Below are positions 28,499-37,979 of a DNA stretch of 64,000 nt, piece after piece. Source of the stretch: Candidatus Latescibacterota bacterium (GTDB lineage Bacteria > Latescibacterota > UBA2968 > GCA-2709665); contig OZ242180.1 of assembly GCA_965205485.1 (NCBI GenBank), forward strand, positions 1,824,001-1,888,000. The letters are read 5' to 3'. The notes under the pieces were generated by a model, which worked only from the letters and a program-made list of their open reading frames with translations, had not been told where the DNA came from and ran no database searches. The position numbers and the translations under genes are program-made. Position 1 is the stretch's first letter. Each line of letters begins with the position of its first letter.

Positions 28499-29326
28499 TC
28501 AAGGTCTTGACATGAACCGGAAGACACATCTTGTCAACCAGTGTCTGGGAGAGGTGTAGTGCTTCTCGGCGAAGTAACGAAGGCTCTCAAACAGCATCTT
28601 CTTTCGAGGCCGCGGCACTGGAGATTTACCACCGTAGTGTACGATTGGACCCTCGGGAAAGAACCAGCACTGAAATCCAAGCTGGCTGACTCTGTAACAG
28701 AGATCCACGTCCTCACAGTACATGAAATAGCCCTCGTCAAATCCCCCAACCCTGTTGTAGACCTCCCGCCGGATCCAGAGGCAGGCGCCGGTAACCCAGT
28801 TTACCTGGCGCGGCCTGTCGTAGCCCGTCCAGTGCTGATTGGAAAAGCGTCCCAGAATCGGCCGTGCTGGTGGCAGGTATCTCAGAAATCGGCCCAGTCC
28901 CATACTGAAAAGCGTTGGAAGCGACCCGGCGGATCGCTCCGGCTCTCCCCGTTCGTCCAGAACAAGACCCCCGGAAACGCCGCACCGGGGATGGTCCTCG
29001 AATCTCGCCAATATCGGCGACAGACTGTCCTCGCGGAGTCTCGTATCCGGATTCAGAAAGAGCAGAATCGGCGCACGACTCTGCCCGGCGCCGATATTGT
29101 TCGCCCTGCCGAAACCGACGGTTTCTTCCAATCGCACCAGTCTAACGCCAGGGAATTTCTGCCGAAGGGTGTCGGTTGAGCCGTCGCTGGATCCGTTGTC
29201 CACCACCACGACTTCAAGTGATTCGTATATTCTCTGTTTCTGTAGAGACTCAAGACAAGGCTTTAGCCATTTCAGTGTGTCTACACTGACAATGATAACG
29301 GAAAGCAACGGTACTGGATCAGACAC
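28499..29326 (-). CDS. Glycosyltransferase family 2
   Basis: VVVDNGSSDGS, GFGRANN, LNPD, GGFDEGYFMYCEDVDL. Confidence 0.92.
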   Translation of the reverse strand: MSDPVPLLSVIIVSVDTLKWLKPCLESLQKQRIYESLEVVVVDNGSSDGSTDTLRQKFPGVRLVRLEETVGFGRANNIGAGQSRAPILLFLNPDTRLREDSLSPILARFEDHPRCGVSGGLVLDERGEPERSAGSLPTLFSMGLGRFLRYLPPARPILGRFSNQHWTGYDRPRQVNWVTGACLWIRREVYNRVGGFDEGYFMYCEDVDLCYRVSQLGFQCWFFPEGPIVHYGGKSPVPRPRKKMLFESLRYFAEKHYTSPRHWLTRCVFRFMSRP

Positions 29327-29349
29327 AATACGCGCCTCAATTCATAGAT

Positions 29350-30624
29350 TTATTCGAAAAAGGGGAATTTTCGGGAGATTATCCCATGCCATTGCACTCT
29401 ATGGTCCTTTTTTCTTGACTCAATTCCCATTGCCGCACACCCCTTTCTATTTTCAGAAAATTCCGCGACCAGGTCCTCGTAGACTCGAAGACTATCTCGC
29501 GCGATCTCTGCCCATGAGAGCTGGTTTCCGGACACGTGAAGAGCGGCCTTGCCATGCCGATTCCTGAGTTCCGAGTTCCCGGTATAGTTCAGCATCGCAC
29601 GGGCGAGACTCGCGCGATCATCGGGTGTGAACGTCAGGCCGTTATCCCTTTCAACCAGATAGGCCGTTGCGAGATGGTCCGGTGCGATTAGGGGGCGGCC
29701 AACGCCGAGGATCTCCTTCATCCCGCCCAGTTTCCCGGGCATGACGCCAATGTCCGCCGCATTGTAGACCGCGCACAGGTCCTCTTCGGCCATCCACTTC
29801 AGAAAAACAACTACATCGGAGATGCCCAGATCCCGTGCGAGTCCGTGGAGTTGCGCTTCGTATTCGGGAGTTCCTGAACCTGCAATCGCCAGTCTTGTTG
29901 CCGGGTGACGGCGGTGTACGTCCGCAAAGGCATTGAAGAAGAGCTCGAATCCCTTTCCCGGTGTGAGCCGCCCGGAGGTGATAAACAGGCAGACGTCGTC
30001 CGCCAGGCCCAGCCTGTTTCTCCAGGCCTCGCGCTTTACCGGGTCAGGGTAAAATGTGCGGGTATTGATGCCCAGCGGGAGAAGGAGTACGTTTTCCGCG
30101 GGCGCCGCGTACACTTCTTTCACGAACCACTGGGCAAAGGGATTGGACGTGAAGACTTTGCCCCCAACGCGGCCGATCTGCCGGCATACCTGTTTTCCAA
30201 TGCCGAACCGGATCAGGTTGCCCGGTCCCTCGGGCAGATTGCCGTTATCGGAATGGTCATCGCCAACGTGAACGTAGAAGGGATGTTTGGACAGAACCTG
30301 GAGTACGGGAAAAAATCTGACACCGTGAGTGTTCACCACGTCCGGTCGGATTTTGTAGATCGTCCGATTCAGGGTTCGGATATACACCTGCGCGCGGCTC
30401 TTGATGGGAACAAAGGAAGGCAACCTCCAGATTCGTACCGAGTCTTCGCGGTATATTCCCTGTGGCAGCCGGCCCCTTGATTCGGGGTATTTCTTCGGGT
30501 GCGGCAGGCGGTCGCTGGTCAGGATCCACACGTCGTGCCCCAGTTTTGCCTGTTCGTGAGGCAGGATATTTTCCTGGTAACTCAGACCCGGTATATAGAA
30601 TTGATTGACATGGACAATTCGCAT
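29350..30624 (-). CDS. Glycosyltransferase family 4
   Basis: GHDVWILT, SGRLTPGKG, YNAADIGV, LSWAEIA. Confidence 0.88.
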   Translation of the reverse strand: MRIVHVNQFYIPGLSYQENILPHEQAKLGHDVWILTSDRLPHPKKYPESRGRLPQGIYREDSVRIWRLPSFVPIKSRAQVYIRTLNRTIYKIRPDVVNTHGVRFFPVLQVLSKHPFYVHVGDDHSDNGNLPEGPGNLIRFGIGKQVCRQIGRVGGKVFTSNPFAQWFVKEVYAAPAENVLLLPLGINTRTFYPDPVKREAWRNRLGLADDVCLFITSGRLTPGKGFELFFNAFADVHRRHPATRLAIAGSGTPEYEAQLHGLARDLGISDVVVFLKWMAEEDLCAVYNAADIGVMPGKLGGMKEILGVGRPLIAPDHLATAYLVERDNGLTFTPDDRASLARAMLNYTGNSELRNRHGKAALHVSGNQLSWAEIARDSLRVYEDLVAEFSENRKGCAAMGIESRKKDHRVQWHGIISRKFPFFE

Positions 30625-30722
30625 GTGGATTCTCAAACAGATAGGTATATATTATTCACAGAGGGTTCGAATCCTGTCTCTCACGTATTGCCTGTGCCAT
30701 GTCCGCTCTGTACACGAGGAAT

Positions 30723-31475
30723 ATGCGAACCATGAAGATTATTCGTCCAATAAACCAGGGAGGCAGATGGGGCCTCCGGCTGTACAAGTGGTTCGGCCCT
30801 CCCCTGCTGGCTTTATCCAGATCCTTACAGCATCCTTCCGCGATGTATGGCCAGGAAATGTTGTACGAGCGCCTGTTTTCCAACGCGCTGAGTCGATTTC
30901 AACTGGAGAACCGGTATTACCCGACCGGAGTTGCCGCCAACTTTTCGCTGATGTACATCCTTCTTCGCTGTATTACAGAACTCCCGGTGCAGCGGGTAGT
31001 CGAACTCGGCTGCGGCCAGTCTACGTTGCTGTTGGACGCATTGCAACCACTGCGGCCGATCGATATTACCACGTTGGAACATGACCGGGAGTGGGCGCGT
31101 CGATTTCAATGCCACGTGAATCACGAGATTATCCGTGCGGATCTGGTCGAACGTGTCGTACAGGGGCGGAAGACCCTTGTCTACGATAACGATACGGTTC
31201 TTGACACCCCACTCGACCTGCTTCTGATTGACGGCCCGAAGGGAAATTCGAGACACTCTCGATGGGCTGGGCTACAGTGGATCGAGAATGGGCTCGACGA
31301 CGATTTTATCGTTGTGTTCGACGATGCGGAACGGCGCGGCGAAATCGACACGATTGAAAAATCGCTCAGCTTGCTCAGGGCGCAGGGTCGTAATTTTCGT
31401 ACCAGGTTTTACAAGGGTCTTAAATGGCAGTTTGTTGTCGCCGCCGGCAGCCTCATACCGGCAACCCAGTTTTGA
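30723..31475 (+). CDS. Class I SAM-dependent methyltransferase-like protein
   Basis: VVELGCGQST, LEHDREW, DLLLIDGP, VFDDAER. Confidence 0.8.
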   Translation: MRTMKIIRPINQGGRWGLRLYKWFGPPLLALSRSLQHPSAMYGQEMLYERLFSNALSRFQLENRYYPTGVAANFSLMYILLRCITELPVQRVVELGCGQSTLLLDALQPLRPIDITTLEHDREWARRFQCHVNHEIIRADLVERVVQGRKTLVYDNDTVLDTPLDLLLIDGPKGNSRHSRWAGLQWIENGLDDDFIVVFDDAERRGEIDTIEKSLSLLRAQGRNFRTRFYKGLKWQFVVAAGSLIPATQF

Positions 31476-31520
31476 ACGGACTCCCTACCCGACTCTGATG
31501 AACCCTGTCCCGATCGACTG

Positions 31521-34500
31521 TCAACCTTCCTTCATGACGGTCTCGATGTGATCCAGGCCAAGGTAGACGATGTGTCCGGTTCTCGCGCCCGTGGCTTTCA
31601 GATATGACCCCACCTGTTCGCGGTAGATCCTGATTTGCGCTTTCCCGGAGACGCGCGTCGCTCTTCCAGTCCACCACCACGTCGATGCGGCCGTCGTCAT
31701 CGAATGTGACGGCGTCCGCAATGCCCGCCGTGACGGCCATCTTCCGGCCTTCGAAATCGCAGCCGTAGACCCAGTACTCCGGCACCAGCCGCGGTCGAAG
31801 GGACGCGATCTCAGGGCGTTCCAGGGTACGGATGACCATCTCCGCCATTCCAACGCTGGATATACGGGCCGAGGCATCCGTGGAGTCGACGAGTTCCTGC
31901 TGTTCGATAAGCTCTCTCGCGCGAGCCCGCACGCGGGCGTCGTCGTCCACCGTCTCGCCGGTCAGCACTTCCTCCATCAGTTTGTGAAGAATCAGGCCTC
32001 GTTTCAGCGCCGTACTGTCGGGGCCGCCGCCGGACTGGCTCGTCAATGGCTTCGACGGCCTCCTCTTCGCCCGCAAACACGGCCGGCGAATCCTCCTCGT
32101 CCACACGTACCGCGTCCTCGTGACGGCTGGGGCGGCGCCACGCGATCTCTCGCAGGTTATCGGTAATGGCTGCCGCCTCCTCCATCCATGTCTCGAGGTC
32201 CTGACGGTTGGCGCCAGGCTCATCCTGAACCGTACGTGTCTTTTTGTAACGCTCCGCGTCGAAGGCAGGAAGTGTATCCACGTCGACGTCGATCAGGCTC
32301 ATCCAGTCTCCGTCCACGCGTTCGTTCTGTCTGGGCAGGAGCAGCAGATCCCGCGCGCGGGTCAGCGAAACGTACCATAGACGCACCCGCTCCCGGTTGA
32401 GTTCTTCGATCTCCTCCAGCATCGTCTCTTCGTATTCGGTGTCCGCGTAGCCCAGTACCTTGAAATGGACGGTGTCGTCCCGCCGGCGGTACAGATAGCC
32501 CTCCTGGTGCCTGAGACCTGTTGTCGAATTGATTGGGATGACAACAGGCCATTCCAGGCCCTTGGCCGAGTGCATGGTGATGATGGAGACGGCATCTTCC
32601 GCCTCGTCGTGTCGGCCTTCCACCTGGTCTTCAGCGTCTTCCCATCTCTGCCATAGCGCGCGTGCGAAGTCCTCAATGCCTCGCGCCGCGTAGGGACGCG
32701 CCATTTCCAAAAACAGATCGACGTTCCCAAGGGCGCGCTGGGCGCTGCCGCGGTGGCGCGCCATCAGAATCGGACGCACCCCCAGCGTCTCCACCGCCTC
32801 CGCCATGATCTGATAGGGCGTCGTCGTGCGGCGTTTTCGCCTCAACTCCTGCAGGGTCTGGAGTGTCTCTCGCAGGACCGGGTTCCCGACCAGCGAAGGA
32901 TCGGTCTTGACGTCCAGGCGGACGGACCGGTCCGGATACACGGGCAACGCGTAAATCTCGTCCGCAATCTGCTCGTCCGAAAGTCCCACCAGCGGTCCCC
33001 GGATCAATGCGCCGAACGCCAGCGTGTCGCGGGCGTCGGCAACCGTTCGGGCAACCGCGATCAGATCCTGCACCTCCTGCCGCCGGTAGAACCCCTTGCC
33101 CGCCTGCGTCGCGATGGGGATATCGTGTTCCTCCAGGGCCCGCTCGTATATCCAGAGGCTCGTGCCCGTTGGGGCGAGCAGCGCGATATCCGAGGCCCTC
33201 GCGGGCCTCGTATTCCCGTTATCCGCATCACAGACGGGATAGGACCCGATCAGACGGGTTACGATTTCCGCAACGATTTGGGCCTCTTCCTCGCGGACCC
33301 TTTCGACAATCAGCCTCCCTCTTACCTGTGCGGTGTTCGTCACCCGGCACGACGTCGAAGGCCGCGACGCTCGGGCCGATCGTCTCCTCGTCCCCGTCCC
33401 GCGTTGCCGTCAGCGGCGTGAATCCGGGTTGGCCGCGCTCTTCGACCAACAGACTCTGGAAGTGTCCGTTAACGTACGTCAGGATGGGTTCCCGCGACCT
33501 GAAGTTGGCCGTGATGCTGATGACGGATGCCGGGTCGCGTCGGGAAAGCGCGTCCCGGGCGGTGAGGTAGGTTTGCACGTCCGCGCCGCGGAACCTGTAG
33601 ATCGCCTGTTTGGGGTCGCCCACCAGGAAGAGCGCGCCAGGACGAATCACGCGTTCCTGCCACGGCCCCCCGGGATCCCCCTCGCCGGCCAGACGCCAAA
33701 TGATCTCGGCCTGGAGCGGGTCGGTATCCTGGAATTCATCCACGAGGATGTGCGTGTAGCGCCCGGACAGCGCCTTTCGAACCGATTCGTGGTCCTTCAG
33801 GAGGTCCCTGGCCTGGTACAGCAGGTCGTCGAAATCGAGCAGCGCCGCATCGCGCTTGTATTCCCGGTAAAGCTTCCGGATCGTGTCGAATTCCTGGATG
33901 AATCGATGAACCGCCAGTCCTGCAAGGGTGTAACAGAATGCGCCGTAAGCCCGTTCGCACGCTTCGTATCGCTCCAGCCCGGCGGCGAAGCGCGTTTCTC
34001 CCTCGGCTGCGTTCATACCGGCGGCTTTTGCTGCATTTCTCCACTTTGTCTTCGCGCGCCACTGCTTGAAGCCGCGCTCGTTTTTCTTGCAGGCCTCCGG
34101 AGGGTTGTGATGGAGCAGGTCCGCGAGGTGTTCCGCCGGAATCCGGCCGGCGCCGGGCGCAGCTGTCTTTTTCACCGTGTCCAGGAAGTCATTGGCAACG
34201 GCGGCGGTGCCGGGTTCTTCTATTCCCGTGCCTTCGTACCAGGCCGCGAATGCGCGCGCGGCGTCGACCCATTTCGTATAGGCCTCCCCATCGACGTCGG
34301 AAACCCCGGCTCCGGCCGTGCGGTGTATTCTCAGAAAGTGGGCCGTGTCCCTGATCAGGCGAAGCGTTTCGTCCGGCGATCTCTGCAGGAGAGAGGCGAA
34401 GAGATCCTCACCTTCGGCGCCGGGATGCTCGATCCTGGGCAAACGTCCCAGACCGTCTTCGGCCGGATCCCGTCCGAATCGCGCCGACAGCCATGCATCC

Positions 34501-34976
34501 ACCAGGTCGTCAAAGGCGAGTTCGACAACCGCCGGGTCGACAATCGAAGCGCCGGGGTCCTGTCCGGATTCCACCGGATAGGGCGTGATCAGTTTCTGGC
34601 AGAAGCCGTGGATCGTGGTGCATGTCAACTCGTCCAGCGAACCTGCGCCGTCATTGAGATTGGCGCGTTGCGTGTCGCTCAGACCATTTGGCAGGGCCGG
34701 CCCGATTTCCACCGGTGGCTTTCCGGATAGGAGGGCCCTCACGATACGGTCGATTCGCTCCAGAAGTTCGGCCGCCGCCGCTTCGGTAAAGGTGATGGCG
34801 GCGATGTTCCTCGGAGCGGTCCCCCCGGCCACGAGCAGCGCCGCCCTGCCTGCCATGAGCGCCGTCTTGCCGCTGCCCGCCCCGGCTTCGACAAGAAGGG
34901 AACGATCGTGACGGGTAAGCGCTTCGATGCGCGCGCCCAGATCGGAAAGCGGCGCCTGTTGACGATCGCAAGGCAT
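31521..34976 (-). pseudogene. AddA/RecB-like UvrD helicase-nuclease split by three frameshifts
   Basis: AGAGSGKT, VDEFQDT, GDPKQAIYRFRGAD; TMHSAKGLEW, YVSLTRAR; GIADAV..DWKS in successive frames; shifts near 33323, 32031 and 31652. Confidence 0.88.
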
Positions 34977-34977
34977 C

Positions 34978-37680
34978 TCAGGGCTGCTCCCACAGCTGAG
35001 ACAGCGGCATCAGAGTCATTGCGGACAGGGGCGCCTTGGTCTTCAGGTACATTTCTTTCGATCTTCCGGGCAGTGCGAAGGACAGATCGTAATACCGGTC
35101 GGCCGCCGCGGCGCCGCTCAGCGTTTTACCGCCAGCGAAAAGGTCCGTGGCCGCATTGAAGTAGCTCGCCAGTTCCGCGAGCGTTTCCCCGGTGTCATCA
35201 AGCACCAGGGCCGGTCTGTCGCTGCGCGGATAGACCAGACGCGCTTCAACCTCGGGTTGCGCCGGGACGAGCGATCTCACCGCAAACGCGTAGAGGCATC
35301 GCTGCAATTCCGCGCCGCCGTTGATCCGCGGTGACTTTCCTGGATATTTCCCCGATTTGTAATCCGTAACGCGGGCGCGCCGCCGGTCTTCCGACAGGTC
35401 GAGCCTGTCGATGAATCCGCCGATACGGATCCGCGTACCGTCAATATAGACCGGCGTCGAGAGGTCCCATGGCGGACTGCCGCTTCCACTGGAATCCCTC
35501 CTGAGTCCAGGGTAACCAAACTGAACTTCCGCCCAGGTTCTCTGCCCCGGCAGAGGCGCTTCGTCTCGCGTCAACGCGTCAACGGCGAGTTCCCTGGCCT
35601 CTTCGCACTTCCGCCGCCAGATGACGGGTGGCGGGACGGGCCGTTCGGCCGCCCATCGTTCCGCAACCGCGTTGGCCGCCGACGTGACCGTGCGTTCGAT
35701 CTCCCTGCGGGAAGCGCCGGCAAGTCCGCCGTGCCGGGATCCCTCCAGCCGGTTTACGCTCTCTCCGAGAAACTCGTGCAGAAGGGACCCGAAGGCGAGC
35801 GCGTCGAGCGTCAACGGCTCCTCCGTCTCTTCCGGCGCCTTCCAGCCGAAGCCGTAGGTCCACAGATAGCCGAGCGGGTCCCGGAGCAGTCTGGAGAGCG
35901 ACGTGGCGGATTGCGTGCGGTCGAGCGCGCGAAGGAGCATCGGATGCCCCGTGCTGATCAGACCGTCATGGGCCGTCAGCTTCTCGCTGCGCCAGTCAAT
36001 CCATGTCCGGGCGGCGGATTGGGCCAATGGCAGCGCGGCGAACTCACGACGTCTGGCCGCGAGCCGGTCGCTCTCGCTTGCGGCATGCCCGGGGATCCGG
36101 CCCTGGGCGAGAAACGCTTCTTCCCTGTCATCGGGATAGAGTGGAGAGACGCCGTTCAACCGGCCTTCGCTGTCCCGCCGCGCTCTCGAGCAGACGACCT
36201 GCCGTTCTGCCATTCTGCAAATCGTTTCGAAATCACGGCGATCGGATTCATGAACGGGAAGGGGTTCCAGGTCCTCCGGCCGCACCACGTGTGTTGGAAG
36301 CAGGGGGTCCTCCCCGGCGCGGCGGGGCCAGGAGCGCGAGGTAAGGCCGACCAGCCGGCAGAAAGGCCGGGGAACCGCCGCGACGGACGATGCCGGCCCC
36401 CAGACGATGGCGCCGCCCGGTTCTTCCCGGTCGGGTACGCGAAGTCCGGCGAGGGTCACGTCCAGCGCGGCCGGCGGTCCTTCGACCAGGGCCCTCTTCC
36501 AGATCGCCAGGGCTTCTGAATCCGTCAGAAGCGCCTCACCTATGTCTTCCGCCCCGGCCAGTCCCAGACGGAGTACCTTGATTATATGTCGCAGCAGCGG
36601 TCGATGATCTCTACCGTCGGGAAAGTCTTCCGGCGAGAGCTTGTTCAGGAGTTCCTCCCATCGGTCCGCGTTAAGCAACGGGGCATCGTCCGGCAGGACT
36701 TCCCGCCAGTCTTCAGGCAAAGATTGGAAACGCCCCCCGGAAGACCGAAGCAGGCCCACCAGGCGGACCATGCGGGAACGCGAAAACCCGCGCAGAAGTA
36801 CTTCGGCGAGCGCGGCGGCAAGCTGTCCGTCCGGTGTCGCAAGCGCCGGCTTGCCGTGAATGAAGTGGACCGGCAGCTTCGCGGCTTCCGCCATGGCCAG
36901 TACGTGATCGTCCCACGTCGCGGGGGATGCCGCTGTAATCGCGATGTGCTGCGCGGGGGTTCCATTCGCCAGATGCCGCCGCGCCCAGCGGAGAGCCTCC
37001 TGGATTTCGTGGCGCGGCGTGGCGCACGATACCGCGCGAATTTCCGGATCCGGCGCCGCGTACTCATGGAGGTCAATGCCCGATCCTGACAGCCAACCGG
37101 GCGTCGACCTGGCGCCGGCCACCCAGACCACCTCCGTTTCCCTGCTCAGCCGCAACAACAGGTCCCGCCACACCGGCGACAACTCGGTGCGTCCATGAAT
37201 CTCGATTCGGCCGAAGAGGACGGGAGCCAGCGCCGCCCGGTTGAGTGCTCGCCCTGCCAGATCGGGGTGCGGGAGCTGATTCTTCGGTAATCTGGAACGG
37301 ATTTCACGTTCGAGTATCGCCAGCGACCGGGTGCGCGGTTTCCTGCTGCCCGCCAGACCCAGGTCCGCTCGCCAGGCCTTTGACAGGGTGGCCGCGGCCG
37401 CCCGCTGAAATCCGGGAAGCCCTTTGATCGTATCCAGTTCGTCGAGCGATCCCGCGGCTGCGGCGTCTCTCACCGTTTCCTTGAGATCGTCGGTTCGAAC
37501 GGATCGCAGAAACCCTCCGGCAAGCCTCGCCGCGAGCTCCTCCATCGAAATGACGAGCAGTCCGTGATCGCCTTCCATGGCGGCTTGTGTCTGATGCCAT
37601 CGCCGCGCGTACCGGCCTTCCACCACCACGGTCCTGCGCCTGTGTGTTCCCGGCTTCATTCCTGTTTCTGTTTCCGGCAT
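34978..37680 (-). CDS. AddB-like protein with C-terminal PD-(D/E)XK nuclease
   Basis: GSLLHE, AEVQFG, GFIDRLD, DYKSG, LQRCLY; abuts the helicase gene. Confidence 0.85.
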   Translation of the reverse strand: MPETETGMKPGTHRRRTVVVEGRYARRWHQTQAAMEGDHGLLVISMEELAARLAGGFLRSVRTDDLKETVRDAAAAGSLDELDTIKGLPGFQRAAAATLSKAWRADLGLAGSRKPRTRSLAILEREIRSRLPKNQLPHPDLAGRALNRAALAPVLFGRIEIHGRTELSPVWRDLLLRLSRETEVVWVAGARSTPGWLSGSGIDLHEYAAPDPEIRAVSCATPRHEIQEALRWARRHLANGTPAQHIAITAASPATWDDHVLAMAEAAKLPVHFIHGKPALATPDGQLAAALAEVLLRGFSRSRMVRLVGLLRSSGGRFQSLPEDWREVLPDDAPLLNADRWEELLNKLSPEDFPDGRDHRPLLRHIIKVLRLGLAGAEDIGEALLTDSEALAIWKRALVEGPPAALDVTLAGLRVPDREEPGGAIVWGPASSVAAVPRPFCRLVGLTSRSWPRRAGEDPLLPTHVVRPEDLEPLPVHESDRRDFETICRMAERQVVCSRARRDSEGRLNGVSPLYPDDREEAFLAQGRIPGHAASESDRLAARRREFAALPLAQSAARTWIDWRSEKLTAHDGLISTGHPMLLRALDRTQSATSLSRLLRDPLGYLWTYGFGWKAPEETEEPLTLDALAFGSLLHEFLGESVNRLEGSRHGGLAGASRREIERTVTSAANAVAERWAAERPVPPPVIWRRKCEEARELAVDALTRDEAPLPGQRTWAEVQFGYPGLRRDSSGSGSPPWDLSTPVYIDGTRIRIGGFIDRLDLSEDRRRARVTDYKSGKYPGKSPRINGGAELQRCLYAFAVRSLVPAQPEVEARLVYPRSDRPALVLDDTGETLAELASYFNAATDLFAGGKTLSGAAAADRYYDLSFALPGRSKEMYLKTKAPLSAMTLMPLSQLWEQP

Positions 37681-37726
37681 TGACGCCCCCACGCCTCCAC
37701 CTGTCGATCGCATTGTCCGGTTACGA

Positions 37727-37756
37727 ATTATACCCCGCACCATGCTTTCTTGTCAA
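37727..37756 (-). promoter_or_regulatory. sigma70 promoter of the addB/addA-like operon
   Basis: Minus strand TTGACA-N18-TATAAT; argues against the ATG at 37743 being the start. Confidence 0.75.
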
Positions 37757-37805
37757 TGACTTATCCGGTCTCGACGTTCCCATTAGAGAGAGGGGTGGAG
37801 TGAGG

Positions 37806-37907
37806 GTGGGGCAGACATTCCTGTCTGCCCACGTCGCCGACCCCGTGCGCCTGAACTGTCATTCAGACGAAGCCGATTTCAGGGTGGGGCAGACATTCCT
37901 GTCTGCC
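37806..37907 (+). repeat. Two direct copies of REP GTGGGGCAGACATTCCTGTCTGCC
   Basis: 37806-37829 and 37884-37907; further copies at 40830 and 50428. Confidence 0.9.
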
Positions 37908-37979
37908 GGAAACTGATGAAGCCGTCAGGCCGATAGAGTGTCCCTATGGATCTCTCTGTGACGGCTACGGTCTCCCTGC

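Noticed and set aside
31521..34976. Programmed ribosomal frameshifting in the helicase gene
   Set aside because: Three separate shifts without slippery heptamers; errors or decay are more parsimonious.
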